The notes beneath the pieces are model-generated. The model ran no database searches. It was given only the letters and a program-made list of their open reading frames with translations, and was not told the DNA's origin. The translations under genes were made by a program, and so were the position numbers. Positions 1 through 9,180 of a DNA stretch of 64,000 nucleotides are shown here, piece by piece; position 1 is the first letter of the stretch; every line of letters starts with the position of its first letter. The DNA is from a virus: the IMG/VR virus record IMGVR_UViG_3300044710_000064, positions 5,060-69,059 of that record. One strand, written 5' to 3'.

Positions 1-75
1 TGGCTACTTGGAAACTTACCGCGAAGCCATTGCAATTCTAGATAGCTAGTTTTTGAAGAGGAAGGATACTTACTT

Positions 76-1269
76 ATGTCGAGCGAAGTTGTTCACATTC
101 CACGCGGTGGAGACATTGTACGCGCGGAAGATTTCATGCCTTTGATGACCGTCGCCCAGGCGGTCAGCAAGAAGGAACAGATCAACGCATTTATCGCCGG
201 CGTGATGACCGAAGGCGAAGACTACGGGCACATGCCCGGCGAGAACCGCAAGGAAAAGCGGAAAGTGCTCCTAAAGCCCGGCGCTGAAAAACTCTGCTCC
301 ATCTTTGGATTCGCGCCCCGCTATGAGGCCGAGCAGATCATTGAAGACTGGACTGGCCGGGAGCATGGCGGAGAGCCGCTGTTCTACTACCGCTACAAAT
401 GCTCTCTCTATCGCGGCGATCGCTGCATGGGGGAAGCGGTCGGTTCGGCGAATTCCTGGGAAGCGAAACACCGATACCGATGGGTCGGAGCGGATCAGCT
501 TCCGTCTGGAATCGACAAATCCAAGATGGTATCGAAAGGCAGCAAGCGTGTGACGTTCGAACCGCAGTTTGCCATCAAGGCTCGGGACACCACGGGGAGA
601 TATGGCAAGCCGGATTCCTATTGGGACAGTTTCGAGAAAGCCATCGCGGAGGGGGCCGCAACACAGGCCATCAAAAAGAGCCAAGCCGGAAAGGAAATGT
701 CTGGCTGGGAAATGGAAATCGACCAAACCTTATACCGCCTTCCGAATCCGGACTCCGCCGATGTGGTGAACACCTGTCAGAAGATGGCACAGAAGCGCGC
801 GCTGGTCGCCGCAGTCCTCATCGTTACGAATTGCTCCGACGCGTTCACGCAAGACCTGGAAGACGCGGTCGAAGAACCCAGTCACCAACGAAACACTCCC
901 GACCAACAGGCGGACCTAGCTGAAAAGCGCGTAGCTGAGGAGAAAGCCAAGACCGAGTCCGAAACACCAAAGGAGCTGAAAGTCTTCTTCGAAGCCATCG
1001 ACAAAGATCCATCACGGAGCGTGGAAGCCTTCGAGCATTTGCGAAATGCACTCGGAGAAAAGGGCGGAATCAACGGCGTGAAAGCCTACGACGCCCTGGA
1101 GCGTACCTTTACTTCCAAGTACCCGCGCGGCACGGCTGACAAGGGAGTTCTCAAGGGCCTGGTACGCCAACTCTGGGACGCGCTGCAAACGGTGATGATG
1201 CCTGAGCCGCCCAAGGACTCTTTCGATCAGCACATGAAGCAAGGCGAGCTTATCCCGGAGGCCAAATAA
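76..1269 (+). CDS. Phage protein, putative single-strand annealing/recombination protein
   Basis: 397 aa; RBS-like GAGGAAGG; LLKPGAEKL and KMAQKRALVAAVL motifs recalled from a common phage recombination-module family; next to a Gp157-like gene. Confidence 0.55.
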   Translation: MSSEVVHIPRGGDIVRAEDFMPLMTVAQAVSKKEQINAFIAGVMTEGEDYGHMPGENRKEKRKVLLKPGAEKLCSIFGFAPRYEAEQIIEDWTGREHGGEPLFYYRYKCSLYRGDRCMGEAVGSANSWEAKHRYRWVGADQLPSGIDKSKMVSKGSKRVTFEPQFAIKARDTTGRYGKPDSYWDSFEKAIAEGAATQAIKKSQAGKEMSGWEMEIDQTLYRLPNPDSADVVNTCQKMAQKRALVAAVLIVTNCSDAFTQDLEDAVEEPSHQRNTPDQQADLAEKRVAEEKAKTESETPKELKVFFEAIDKDPSRSVEAFEHLRNALGEKGGINGVKAYDALERTFTSKYPRGTADKGVLKGLVRQLWDALQTVMMPEPPKDSFDQHMKQGELIPEAK

Positions 1270-1515
1270 GTGCCGGAAGAAAGAAGAGTTGATATCCACG
1301 ACTGCCAGGATTGGCTACGCTCTGCTCCGCTCCAAGAGGTTCAGGAATTTGTGTGGTGGGCGCAAGGAGTTATTGACGGTAGGGTTGCAGCACAGCCAAA
1401 GCGAAAGACGCGGAGTGACGTCGGACAGAAGCGGCCACCCAATCTGGAAATTCCATTCGACCGGGAGCAGGAGCAGATGCACGAGCCGATCGACTTGCGG
1501 GAGATCGCGAAATGA
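1270..1515 (+). CDS. Hypothetical protein
   Basis: GTG start abuts upstream stop; ATGA overlap with next gene; basic KRKTRSDVG motif. Confidence 0.6.
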   Translation: MPEERRVDIHDCQDWLRSAPLQEVQEFVWWAQGVIDGRVAAQPKRKTRSDVGQKRPPNLEIPFDREQEQMHEPIDLREIAK

Positions 1516-2261
1516 CTCCCACGACTGAGCGTCACGACCTCTCCCTCTTCGGCATAAAGCCCGAACTGATCGAGCTTCTAGAATTCCGCGAAGAGCTCAT
1601 CGCTGATCCATCATTGCTCGGAGCGGAACGGGAAGAATCCCTCCAGGCAACTGAGGATCGCATCCGCGAATATGTGACGGCGGAAATCGAGAACGCCAAC
1701 ATTGCCCTGTACCTCCGGGAATTCGAAACGCGGGAGCAAGTCGCCATGGAGGAAAGCGCGCGGCAAAAGCTAAAAGCTAAAGCCTGGTCGGACAGGTACG
1801 AACGCCTGAAGATGCTTATCACGGCAGTAATGCTCCAGACTGGCCAGAAGCGTATCGAGGGAACCGGAGTAACGCTGAGTTTGCGGAAGTGCCCGGTCAG
1901 TGTGGATGTCGCCCAGCCGAATCTGGTGCCATCCGAGTTTAAGCGCGTCGAAGTGAGGATGAACTTAGCGCTGTGGGGAGAGATCCAGGCAGCGGCGGTA
2001 ATGGGACGGCCAATCGCAAAGGAAGCCGCGGCAAAGATCCTCTCGGATGCCAAAGCCTACGATCCGGAGCCGATCAAGAGCGACATCGGAGACGTGCTTA
2101 AGAGCCAAGTCCAGTGCGATAAGTGCGAAGGAATCGGATACGTGGTGGTCAGTCCGGGAGAGACGGAAGGCTGTAACGCATGTGGTGGAACTGGCAAAGT
2201 TACTGGTGCTGTGCCGGGTTGCAGATTGGTCTCTGACAAGATGACGCTGCTGGTGAAATAA
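1512..2261 (+). CDS. Siphovirus Gp157-like protein with inserted DnaJ-type zinc finger
   Basis: Helical N-terminus, then TLSLRKCPVSVDV..VPSEF and C-terminal VPGCRLV..LLVK; insert CDKCEGIG...CNACGGTG. Confidence 0.7.
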   Translation: MTPTTERHDLSLFGIKPELIELLEFREELIADPSLLGAEREESLQATEDRIREYVTAEIENANIALYLREFETREQVAMEESARQKLKAKAWSDRYERLKMLITAVMLQTGQKRIEGTGVTLSLRKCPVSVDVAQPNLVPSEFKRVEVRMNLALWGEIQAAAVMGRPIAKEAAAKILSDAKAYDPEPIKSDIGDVLKSQVQCDKCEGIGYVVVSPGETEGCNACGGTGKVTGAVPGCRLVSDKMTLLVK

Positions 2262-2265
2262 CCCA

Positions 2266-3123
2266 ATGCCGGAAACTCTTCTCATCTCCCAGATCCGCAC
2301 AGATGGAGCAACGCAACCACGAGCCGAACTCGACTACGGAGTCATTGAAGAATACTCACAGGCGATGCGAGCGGGAGTTGTCTTTCCGCCAGTGGATGTT
2401 TTCTATGACGGATCGGAGTATTGGTTGGCGGATGGGTTCCACCGACTAGCGGCCGCTGGGGGTGCGGAACTGGAACGGATTGCGACGACGATCCATCAAG
2501 GGACTCGCGAGCAGGCGCAGTGGTTTTCGTTTGGGGCAAATGGACAGCATGGCCTTCGCCGGACCAATGCGGACAAACAGCGCGCAGTAAGAGCAGCCCT
2601 CGCACATCCCTTGAGTGCTGGCTTGAGTGACCGGGAAATCGGGCGCCATGTGGGAGTGGATCACAAAACGGTTGCAGCGGCCAAGCCGGCGAGTGGGGAA
2701 ATTCCCCACCCCAAGAAATCATCCAATACAACAAAGATTGATCCCGCGGTTCCCGAAGTTTCCGGGGCGGAGCCTGTTTATGAGGCAGGGCAAGGATCCA
2801 CCGTCCCGGTCACCCGGGAAAAAGCTCCGGCACGCACTTACCATGCAGACCCATCTACGCCAGAGGACCCACTCGACCAGGAGCCAGTAGAAGAGCCTCC
2901 ATTCGAAGGAATCGCCGGTGCTGTCGAACTCATCATGGCCGCGCGGAGGATAGTCCGAGTCAGGCTGACCAATAACGAACGCCGATATCTCGCCTCGGAT
3001 CTTCCCGGGAAGCAATTCATGCGGGAAGCGCGGGACCTTCTGTCCAAAGAGCTCGACGGCCTGGAATCGAATGACTTTACGCAAACCGTGGGTAAGCCGG
3101 TAGAGAAGGAGATGGTGCAGTGA
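2266..3123 (+). CDS. ParB N-terminal (ParB/Srx-like) domain protein with HTH
   Basis: TQPR, FPPVDVF, LADGFHRLAA, RTNADKQRAV and SDREIGRHVGVDHKTV motifs. Confidence 0.8.
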   Translation: MPETLLISQIRTDGATQPRAELDYGVIEEYSQAMRAGVVFPPVDVFYDGSEYWLADGFHRLAAAGGAELERIATTIHQGTREQAQWFSFGANGQHGLRRTNADKQRAVRAALAHPLSAGLSDREIGRHVGVDHKTVAAAKPASGEIPHPKKSSNTTKIDPAVPEVSGAEPVYEAGQGSTVPVTREKAPARTYHADPSTPEDPLDQEPVEEPPFEGIAGAVELIMAARRIVRVRLTNNERRYLASDLPGKQFMREARDLLSKELDGLESNDFTQTVGKPVEKEMVQ

Positions 3124-3734
3124 TCGACGCCCGATTTGTCCCCTGCGAAAGCTGGCCCGGCCAAAAGACCCGCAACCGCAAGAAAGCTCCCTTCGGAGTA
3201 ACGTACGCGCGGATGCTGGATGATTTGGAGCGGGAATTGAAGCACCTGGGCGCGCGCGATATCGTGATCCAAGCCTACTTCCGGCGTGAGGACATCCGCA
3301 ACGATGGCTGGCCGCGCTCATCCGCTCCGAAGCCAACCGATCCAGGGGTGATCGTTGGATTCACCAAGGCTAAGGGCGAAGAAATTTCATTTCCATGCGA
3401 TACATACCTTAATTACGAGTCGAACCTTCGCGCCATCACACTGACCTTGACGGCTCTCCGGGCGATTGATCGGTACGGCGTCACGCAGCACGGCGAGCAG
3501 TACAAGGGGTGGGCCAAGCTTCCGCCGGCCCCGGATCGGATGAACAAGGGTGACGCTCTTCAATTCATTGTGCTGCACACGGGAATCTTCCCGTCAACTC
3601 GAGAGCTTCTCCAGGAAGCCTATCGAGTCGCTGCGCGAAAACTTCACCCTGATACCGCCAATGGAAGTGACGGGCAGTTCATCATGCTGGGAAAAGCAAA
3701 GGCAACCATTGAGGAGGCGAATGGATGGCTATGA
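3120..3734 (+). CDS. Phage protein with C-terminal J-domain (DnaJ-like)
   Basis: AYRVAARKLHPD...F motif near the C-terminus; N-terminal DPGV...CDTY...NLRAI..LRAIDRYG. Confidence 0.75.
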   Translation: MIDARFVPCESWPGQKTRNRKKAPFGVTYARMLDDLERELKHLGARDIVIQAYFRREDIRNDGWPRSSAPKPTDPGVIVGFTKAKGEEISFPCDTYLNYESNLRAITLTLTALRAIDRYGVTQHGEQYKGWAKLPPAPDRMNKGDALQFIVLHTGIFPSTRELLQEAYRVAARKLHPDTANGSDGQFIMLGKAKATIEEANGWL

Positions 3735-4099
3735 CCCGCACCCGTGAAGGGAGGCTATTTGTAGCCCATTGCCGAGTGAGAACCACTCTCAAGAGAACCA
3801 TAAAACCCAAGCTGGCCGAAGTATATGCAGTGATGAGTACGGTCGAATGGGACCCGAAACTGGAACTCGAATTCCACCTTCCGGATCGACGCGCTAAGAA
3901 TTCTCTTGAGATTGAGTTTACTATCGATAGCCTGTGGGAAAAAGAGGAGAGCGCCGAAAAAGCTCTGATCCTTGCGACGGAACGCGGAAGAACGATAAGA
4001 CGAAAGCTTAGAAAGTTGGGGGTTCTAAAAACGCGCCGGTGGATCAGCAAGTTGTCGGTATGGAATATCCCTTCAATTGAGGACACCCTATCCAAATGA
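3731..4099 (+). CDS. Hypothetical protein flanked by 18-bp direct repeats
   Basis: ORF with ATGA overlaps at both ends. Confidence 0.55.
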   Translation: MTRTREGRLFVAHCRVRTTLKRTIKPKLAEVYAVMSTVEWDPKLELEFHLPDRRAKNSLEIEFTIDSLWEKEESAEKALILATERGRTIRRKLRKLGVLKTRRWISKLSVWNIPSIEDTLSK

Positions 4100-4113
4100 C
4101 CCGCACCCGTGAA
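3731..4113 (+). repeat. 18-bp direct repeat ATGACCCGCACCCGTGAA (3731-3748, 4096-4113)
   Basis: Exact match; each copy starts a gene (MTRTRE). Confidence 0.9.
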
Positions 4114-4359
4114 ATGGAACACACGCCCGACCCGCGCGAACCGATCTTGGTTTGCGGACACGGACGGTGCGGCACTTCGATGTACTCATCGGAGATTGAG
4201 CGCCGGGCTATCGAGATCCTGAAAAGGCATGCGGAGTTTTCACTGAAGTGCTTGGGGGACGCTCAAGCTGAGATTGCGTATCTCCAGAAGTGGAATGTTC
4301 GGATGGTAGCAGTGGTTGCGGTTTTGTTGGGAGTGATTGCATGGATGGTGAGCCGATGA
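4096..4359 (+). CDS. Hypothetical protein with C-terminal transmembrane helix
   Basis: MVAVVAVLLGVIAWMV at the C-terminus; coupled start. Confidence 0.6.
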   Translation: MTRTREMEHTPDPREPILVCGHGRCGTSMYSSEIERRAIEILKRHAEFSLKCLGDAQAEIAYLQKWNVRMVAVVAVLLGVIAWMVSR

Positions 4360-4423
4360 AACCGAACAGTATTCGTCTCGTGCTGCCCTGGAGTGGCAGC
4401 ACGGAGGGGGGTCGGGGATTCGA

Positions 4424-4621
4424 ATGACAGAACAAATGGCCTATGATGCTGGCGTTGATTGCGCCAAGAACGGTGCAAACACGACAAATTGCCACTTCAC
4501 TATTTTTGCGACCCCAGAACTTACGGCAGCTTGGGAACGCGGCAAAACCGATGCCGAATTCATTAATAACAAGACGGCACGCGACGCTACTCCAGAGCGG
4601 CGCGAGACGGAGGAATTCTGA
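4424..4621 (+). CDS. Hypothetical protein
   Basis: AYDAG...AWERG pattern typical of small phage proteins. Confidence 0.55.
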   Translation: MTEQMAYDAGVDCAKNGANTTNCHFTIFATPELTAAWERGKTDAEFINNKTARDATPERRETEEF

Positions 4622-4624
4622 GCA

Positions 4625-4882
4625 ATGAAGACCTTCGAAGAAGCGCTCTCCAGCCAAGTTAAACAGACAACTCCAGCGGGCTTAGAAGAAACGCAGAAAG
4701 AGTTTGCCGACACCCTAGGCCGCTATCGCTGTCTTGCCGAAGAAGCTGGCGATAGTCCGACCATTGGAATGTTCGCAATCATCTGGACGCGCATGGCAGA
4801 AGCGGAATCCGTAGAGGTTGCTTGTTTCAGCGCCTTCATGACCGGATTGATTACGGGTATTGAAATGGAGAAAGCGGAGTAA
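4625..4882 (+). CDS. Hypothetical protein
   Basis: RBS GGAGGA; tight packing with neighbours. Confidence 0.6.
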   Translation: MKTFEEALSSQVKQTTPAGLEETQKEFADTLGRYRCLAEEAGDSPTIGMFAIIWTRMAEAESVEVACFSAFMTGLITGIEMEKAE

Positions 4883-5082
4883 TGAACGCGCCTCTCAAGA
4901 TCGTGACGACCGAGCGGCCGGCATATAAGCCCACGCTTCCAGCTCGGGAGCGTCGAGCCTATGCCGCCGCACACAAGATTGCGGTAACTGACTTGGTATT
5001 CCCAGAGTTTCCATGTCCAGGACGGCGGCAGACGTTGAAGGTAGATGAGATCGCAAGAATCATTCTCGAGGAGATGGCATGA
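4882..5082 (+). CDS. Hypothetical protein
   Basis: TAATG coupling. Confidence 0.55.
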   Translation: MNAPLKIVTTERPAYKPTLPARERRAYAAAHKIAVTDLVFPEFPCPGRRQTLKVDEIARIILEEMA

Positions 5083-5393
5083 GCGAGATGCAATCTGAAA
5101 TCCAGGAAATGCTAGCCGCCTTTGGATTCATCATTGTCTCAACCAATAGACCGGCAGACATCGGAGAGGAGCTCCACTTCATAACGGACCACTCACGCGG
5201 TGAAAAAGTCGCACGGTCCTTCCGGGTGATTGGATTGGCTACTCCAGAAGAAATCAGTGAGGTCGGGAGAAAATTAGGCTTTGAGTTTACCGGCGATCTC
5301 AAAGGTGCCTACAAGGCGGTTCCTAGCATGCCTCAGAGCGCGAACGCAGAAGAGCCAGGGACATTAAAGACTGATGAGGGGAGCGCCAAATAA
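5079..5393 (+). CDS. Hypothetical protein
   Basis: RBS GAGGAG; ATGA overlap. Confidence 0.6.
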   Translation: MSEMQSEIQEMLAAFGFIIVSTNRPADIGEELHFITDHSRGEKVARSFRVIGLATPEEISEVGRKLGFEFTGDLKGAYKAVPSMPQSANAEEPGTLKTDEGSAK

Positions 5394-5563
5394 TGAAAAG
5401 CTTGGTGATGCTGGCCATAGGTATGTTCGCTGGATTCGTCTTGACGCACTCAATAGAGGGGGTCTGGAATCACAATACTCAAGAAGCTTTTGCGGCTGTA
5501 CTGCTGATCCCATTGGCCTTTGGGGCCTGCATGGTTCACTTCGCAATGGAACCGATAAAATGA
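5393..5563 (+). CDS. Small two-TM membrane protein (56 aa, below ORF-track cutoff)
   Basis: Manual translation MKSLVMLAIGMFAGFVLTHS...AFAAVLLIPLAFGACMVHFAMEPIK; coupled at both ends. Confidence 0.55.
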   Translation: MKSLVMLAIGMFAGFVLTHSIEGVWNHNTQEAFAAVLLIPLAFGACMVHFAMEPIK

Positions 5564-5799
5564 TCCCACAAGAAAACGGAAACGAACCCTCCAAACAAAT
5601 CGTGATCGTGAAGCCATGCTGCCCGAGCTGCAAACAATCGGAAGGCCCGGTAGTTTCGACTGCAGGAGCAGTCGTGGGGCCGCTTGTCTGTCAAGTATTC
5701 TTCTGCGGAAACTGCGGAGCAATCTACTCTGTTCAAATCATTGCCAAGCAAGAAGAGGCGATCGTGAAGCCATCTTTGGTTATGCCGGGGAGGATGTAG
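5560..5799 (+). CDS. Zinc-ribbon protein
   Basis: CPSC...CGNC; ATGA-coupled start. Confidence 0.6.
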   Translation: MIPQENGNEPSKQIVIVKPCCPSCKQSEGPVVSTAGAVVGPLVCQVFFCGNCGAIYSVQIIAKQEEAIVKPSLVMPGRM

Positions 5800-6762
5800 G
5801 TGGGCATTACTTCAATCGAATGGACCGACCGCACGTGGAATCCGGTGCGCGGCTGCTCGCGCGTCTCCCAGGGATGCGTCAACTGTTACGCAGAGCGGCA
5901 AGCGGCGCGGTTCGCCGGCGAAGGAGAGCCGTTCCATCAGTTCGTCGCGAAGGTTAATGGACATCCCGCCTGGACCGGCAAAGTAGAACTGGTAGAGAAG
6001 CACTTGGAAGATCCGCTGCACTGGCGCAAGCCCTGCAAGGTATTCGTGAACTCGATGAGTGATCTGTTCCACGAGGCGCTCCTAGATGAGGCCATTGATC
6101 GCGTGTTCGCAGTAATGGCGCTATGCCCGCAGCATACGTTCCAGATTCTTACGAAGCGACCGGAGCGGATGCACGAGTATCTGTTGCGCCCCTACCGAAC
6201 AGGTGATATCCAGGTGCATGTCAAAGAGCTTATCGACGTGCATCATTTACCCGATGCGGTGAACCGCGTATTTTACGGGCGCGTGGAAGAAGCGAAAGCG
6301 CTGTTTGACCGCATACTGGCCGAGCCTGGCCCCTATCCTGAATTCTCAGACACCGACATATGGCCGCTGCGAAATGTTTGGCTCGGCGTCTCAGTAGAAG
6401 ATCAAGCCAACAAACATCGCATCGACATATTGCGCCAAGTTCCGGCTGCGGTGCGTTTCTTATCGATTGAGCCGTTGCTTGAGGACATCGGCAAATTGAA
6501 CCTTGAAGGCATCCACTGGGTGATAGTGGGCGGAGAATCAGGACCAGGCGCGCGCCCACTTAGAGTTGAGTGGGTCCGGAGTATTCAGGCGCAGTGCAGG
6601 ACCGCGGAGGTAGCGTGCTTCGTGAAGCAGCTCGGTGCTAACCCGTTTGAGGGAGGGATGCCATTGCTGCTGGAGGACCGCAAAGGTGGCGACTGGGACG
6701 AATGGACTGTTGAATTGCGGGTGCGTGAATTTCCAAAAATTCTTGCGGAGGTCTCTGCTTGA
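5800..6762 (+). CDS. DUF5131 / phage Gp37-Gp68 family radical-SAM-like protein
   Basis: TSIEWTDRTWNPVRGCSRVSQGCVNCYAE, FVNSMSDLFH, FQILTKRPERM, RFLSIEPLL, WVIVGGESG. Confidence 0.92.
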   Translation: MGITSIEWTDRTWNPVRGCSRVSQGCVNCYAERQAARFAGEGEPFHQFVAKVNGHPAWTGKVELVEKHLEDPLHWRKPCKVFVNSMSDLFHEALLDEAIDRVFAVMALCPQHTFQILTKRPERMHEYLLRPYRTGDIQVHVKELIDVHHLPDAVNRVFYGRVEEAKALFDRILAEPGPYPEFSDTDIWPLRNVWLGVSVEDQANKHRIDILRQVPAAVRFLSIEPLLEDIGKLNLEGIHWVIVGGESGPGARPLRVEWVRSIQAQCRTAEVACFVKQLGANPFEGGMPLLLEDRKGGDWDEWTVELRVREFPKILAEVSA

Positions 6763-6824
6763 GCGCCAGCATCACATCCAACGGGCTAGCCCTGATTCGA
6801 AGTATGCTTTCCGAAGAGGAATGC

Positions 6825-7982
6825 ATGCCCCGAAAATATCAGAACCCTAAGTTGGAAGTTCGCCGAGATGTAGCCAGGCCCTTTTACTTCGTCCGTGTCA
6901 GCGTTAAGCGCATGACCGAGGATGGTCCGAAGCCAAAACGTAAAGTTGAGTTCATCGGATGGGTGGATGAGACGCCAAAGAAAGCCGCAATGAAGCGCCA
7001 CGCGGAAATCCTGGAAGTAGTCAACGCGGGTCGAGTTCTGATCCAATCCCAACTTCAGTTTAAGGACGTATGCACGCGGTTCCTTTCCGTCCGTCTTCCC
7101 CAGCTCGGAGTCTGTGCTCAAAAGAAGTACAAGACCCAGATCGAGAGACACATACTTCCGGCCTTCGGGGAATTGAAGCTTTGCGACATTGATGGAGCGG
7201 CAGTGGAAGGCTGGTTGAACGCGAAGAAAGAAGCGGGGCTCGGATGGTGGACGAGAATTGACCTCAAGGGCGTTCTGTCAGCCATCTTCACCGCGGCGAG
7301 AGCTTGGAAGCTCTGGGACGGAGCAAACCCCACCGAGGGAGTGAGGATCGGCCGGAAGCGCCTGGTTCGAGAGAAGCGATTGCTCACGGTCGACGAACTT
7401 CGATTGCTGCTGGGTTCCTTGGCTGACCGTCCGAAGTTCATCGTCCTGATAATCTTCGGTCTCGGATTGCGGATTAGTGAGACCTTGGGACTACGCTGGT
7501 CGGATATCGACTTCCAGGCGAAAACGATCACCATCCGGCGCCGCTGGCATCGGGGGGACCTGAGCGAAGAAAACGAGACCAAGACAGAAGCCTCGAACGC
7601 CACCATGCAGCTTGGGGCTTCGATGCTTCATGAATTCCAGAGCCGCGTCCCTCTGGACCGGCGGGACGGGTTCATATTTGTTGGGGACGATGGACACGTT
7701 CCGCCGGATGACAGAGATTTGCTGAGAGAAGAATTTCGTCCGGTGGTCAAGCGGCTGAAGCTCTACTACAGGGGATTCGGCTGGCACGCCTTTCGCCGGC
7801 AGAATATCACCTGGCGGCAGCAGATTGGCGGGGCTACTCCGCTAGAGGCCCAGCGCGCCGCGCGCCACGCCTCCCTGGACATGACCTACCTCTACACGCT
7901 TTCGGATGCGGAGCGGGAGACGGCTCAGCAACAAGCTATGTTTGACAAGTTGATGGAGATGCCGGAGGGACCGAAGCAATGA
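6825..7982 (+). CDS. int: Tyrosine integrase
   Basis: GLRISE (R), HAFRR (HxxR), ARH, MTYLY (Y); RBS GAGGA before ATG 6825 (ORF track extends to TTG 6759). Confidence 0.93.
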   Translation: MPRKYQNPKLEVRRDVARPFYFVRVSVKRMTEDGPKPKRKVEFIGWVDETPKKAAMKRHAEILEVVNAGRVLIQSQLQFKDVCTRFLSVRLPQLGVCAQKKYKTQIERHILPAFGELKLCDIDGAAVEGWLNAKKEAGLGWWTRIDLKGVLSAIFTAARAWKLWDGANPTEGVRIGRKRLVREKRLLTVDELRLLLGSLADRPKFIVLIIFGLGLRISETLGLRWSDIDFQAKTITIRRRWHRGDLSEENETKTEASNATMQLGASMLHEFQSRVPLDRRDGFIFVGDDGHVPPDDRDLLREEFRPVVKRLKLYYRGFGWHAFRRQNITWRQQIGGATPLEAQRAARHASLDMTYLYTLSDAERETAQQQAMFDKLMEMPEGPKQ

Positions 7983-8938
7983 GCGTCGTTGATAGATTCC
8001 TGTCAGGCAAAGCAAAGAGCATCCCCACCACTTACCGTAAGTGGCAACTTCGGTCCCGCTTTGAGGCTGAGGTGATCCACTATTTTCAGACGCGGTTGTT
8101 GCTGCCAGATGAGCAGATATTTTACGAGCCTAGAAGTTTTAGGGTTGACGGAACAGATTATTGCCCCGACTTCTTCATCCCAGCCCTGAGTCTGTGGATT
8201 GAAGTTCGGGGATATTCCGACGAAAAGGGTGAGGCTCAAATAAGGGGATTCATAGAAGTTACTCGCAAGGAGGGCTGGGACTATCTTGTCGTTCGACCGG
8301 ACGAATTTGGCTTCTCAAAGAGAGAGGCGGCTTACGGATTTCACGGCTCGAATCTTCTCATACGGCATTGCGGCGGAGGCTGCCCATGTATATTCATAGC
8401 GATATTCCCCGACGTGGCGGAGTGCCCAGCCTGTCGGCGGCACCGAGAATTAGGGCCGGGAGTCCTTCCGAAAATAGAAGCCAGAAAAATCACCGACTGT
8501 GATTGGCCGGTGAGTCACTGTGACAAGAGATGGCCAAAAAAACAATATACCGATACCTGGAAGAAGACTTGGGACCGTGAACGGTCGGGACCTGAGATTC
8601 ACACTTTTGAAGAGCTCCTCAAGCGCAATCTGGATTGGTACTTCGAAGGGCTTAAATATCGGCCCAGGGATGCATGGGGATCAGCGTGGAATGATTTAGT
8701 TAACGAAGTCTACGACCTCCCTTTGGTTCGCGCTCTCCTTGAGCGGCATATGGGAAGCGGGCGCGTTTCATCGATCTTTGAAGCTTTCTGCGACGTGCCC
8801 ATTGAAGAGTTCGTGCAATTACTTGAGCTTCAAATACGGAAAGTAACTGGCACGGCTGTAGCACGGCGGCACGGGGATTATGATACCAGCAGAACTCCAG
8901 AGGACTCCCCCAAATCATTGGAGGAACAAAACTTATGA
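7979..8938 (+). CDS. PD-(D/E)xK-like nuclease domain protein
   Basis: RSRFEA...FYEP...YCPDFFIP...WIEVRG, followed by a Cys cluster. Confidence 0.65.
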   Translation: MSVVDRFLSGKAKSIPTTYRKWQLRSRFEAEVIHYFQTRLLLPDEQIFYEPRSFRVDGTDYCPDFFIPALSLWIEVRGYSDEKGEAQIRGFIEVTRKEGWDYLVVRPDEFGFSKREAAYGFHGSNLLIRHCGGGCPCIFIAIFPDVAECPACRRHRELGPGVLPKIEARKITDCDWPVSHCDKRWPKKQYTDTWKKTWDRERSGPEIHTFEELLKRNLDWYFEGLKYRPRDAWGSAWNDLVNEVYDLPLVRALLERHMGSGRVSSIFEAFCDVPIEEFVQLLELQIRKVTGTAVARRHGDYDTSRTPEDSPKSLEEQNL

Positions 8939-9180
8939 ATTGGTGGACCTGGTCGGGTTCGAACCGACGACCTCTTCCATGCCATGGAAGCGCAGGCGAA
9001 CAACTTGCGAACCGCTCAGACCCAAAGGCGAGACTTAGCCTCCTGGCAAATGGATCGGAACGGAACGGCCGGCCGGGAAGTGGCACGAGCCACGTACTGG
9101 CACGGACTTCCGATAGACCTCCTGTAATTCACCCAAACCAGCAACTTTTTGGCGGGTATTTGGCAGGTACGCATGCCTGA
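8935..9180 (+). CDS. Small ORF spanning attP
   Basis: RBS GGAGG; ATGA overlap with upstream stop; end overlaps next start at 9173. Confidence 0.45.
   Translation: MNWWTWSGSNRRPLPCHGSAGEQLANRSDPKARLSLLANGSERNGRPGSGTSHVLARTSDRPPVIHPNQQLFGGYLAGTHA
8941..8993 (-). other. attP core: 3' 53 nt of tRNA-Ala(GGC)
   Basis: Reverse complement GCGCTTCCATGGCATGGAAGAGGTCGTCGGTTCGAACCCGACCAGGTCCACCA has the anticodon arm (GGC), T arm and CCA but no 5' half; about 960 bp from the integrase. Confidence 0.9.

Noticed and set aside
4379-4403. 9-bp hairpin CGTGCTGCC/GGCAGCACG as a terminator
   Set aside because: No U-tract on either strand; function unsupported
8941-8993. Functional tRNA-Ala gene
   Set aside because: Only the 3' 53 nt are present; there is no D arm or 5' acceptor strand, so it is treated as an att core
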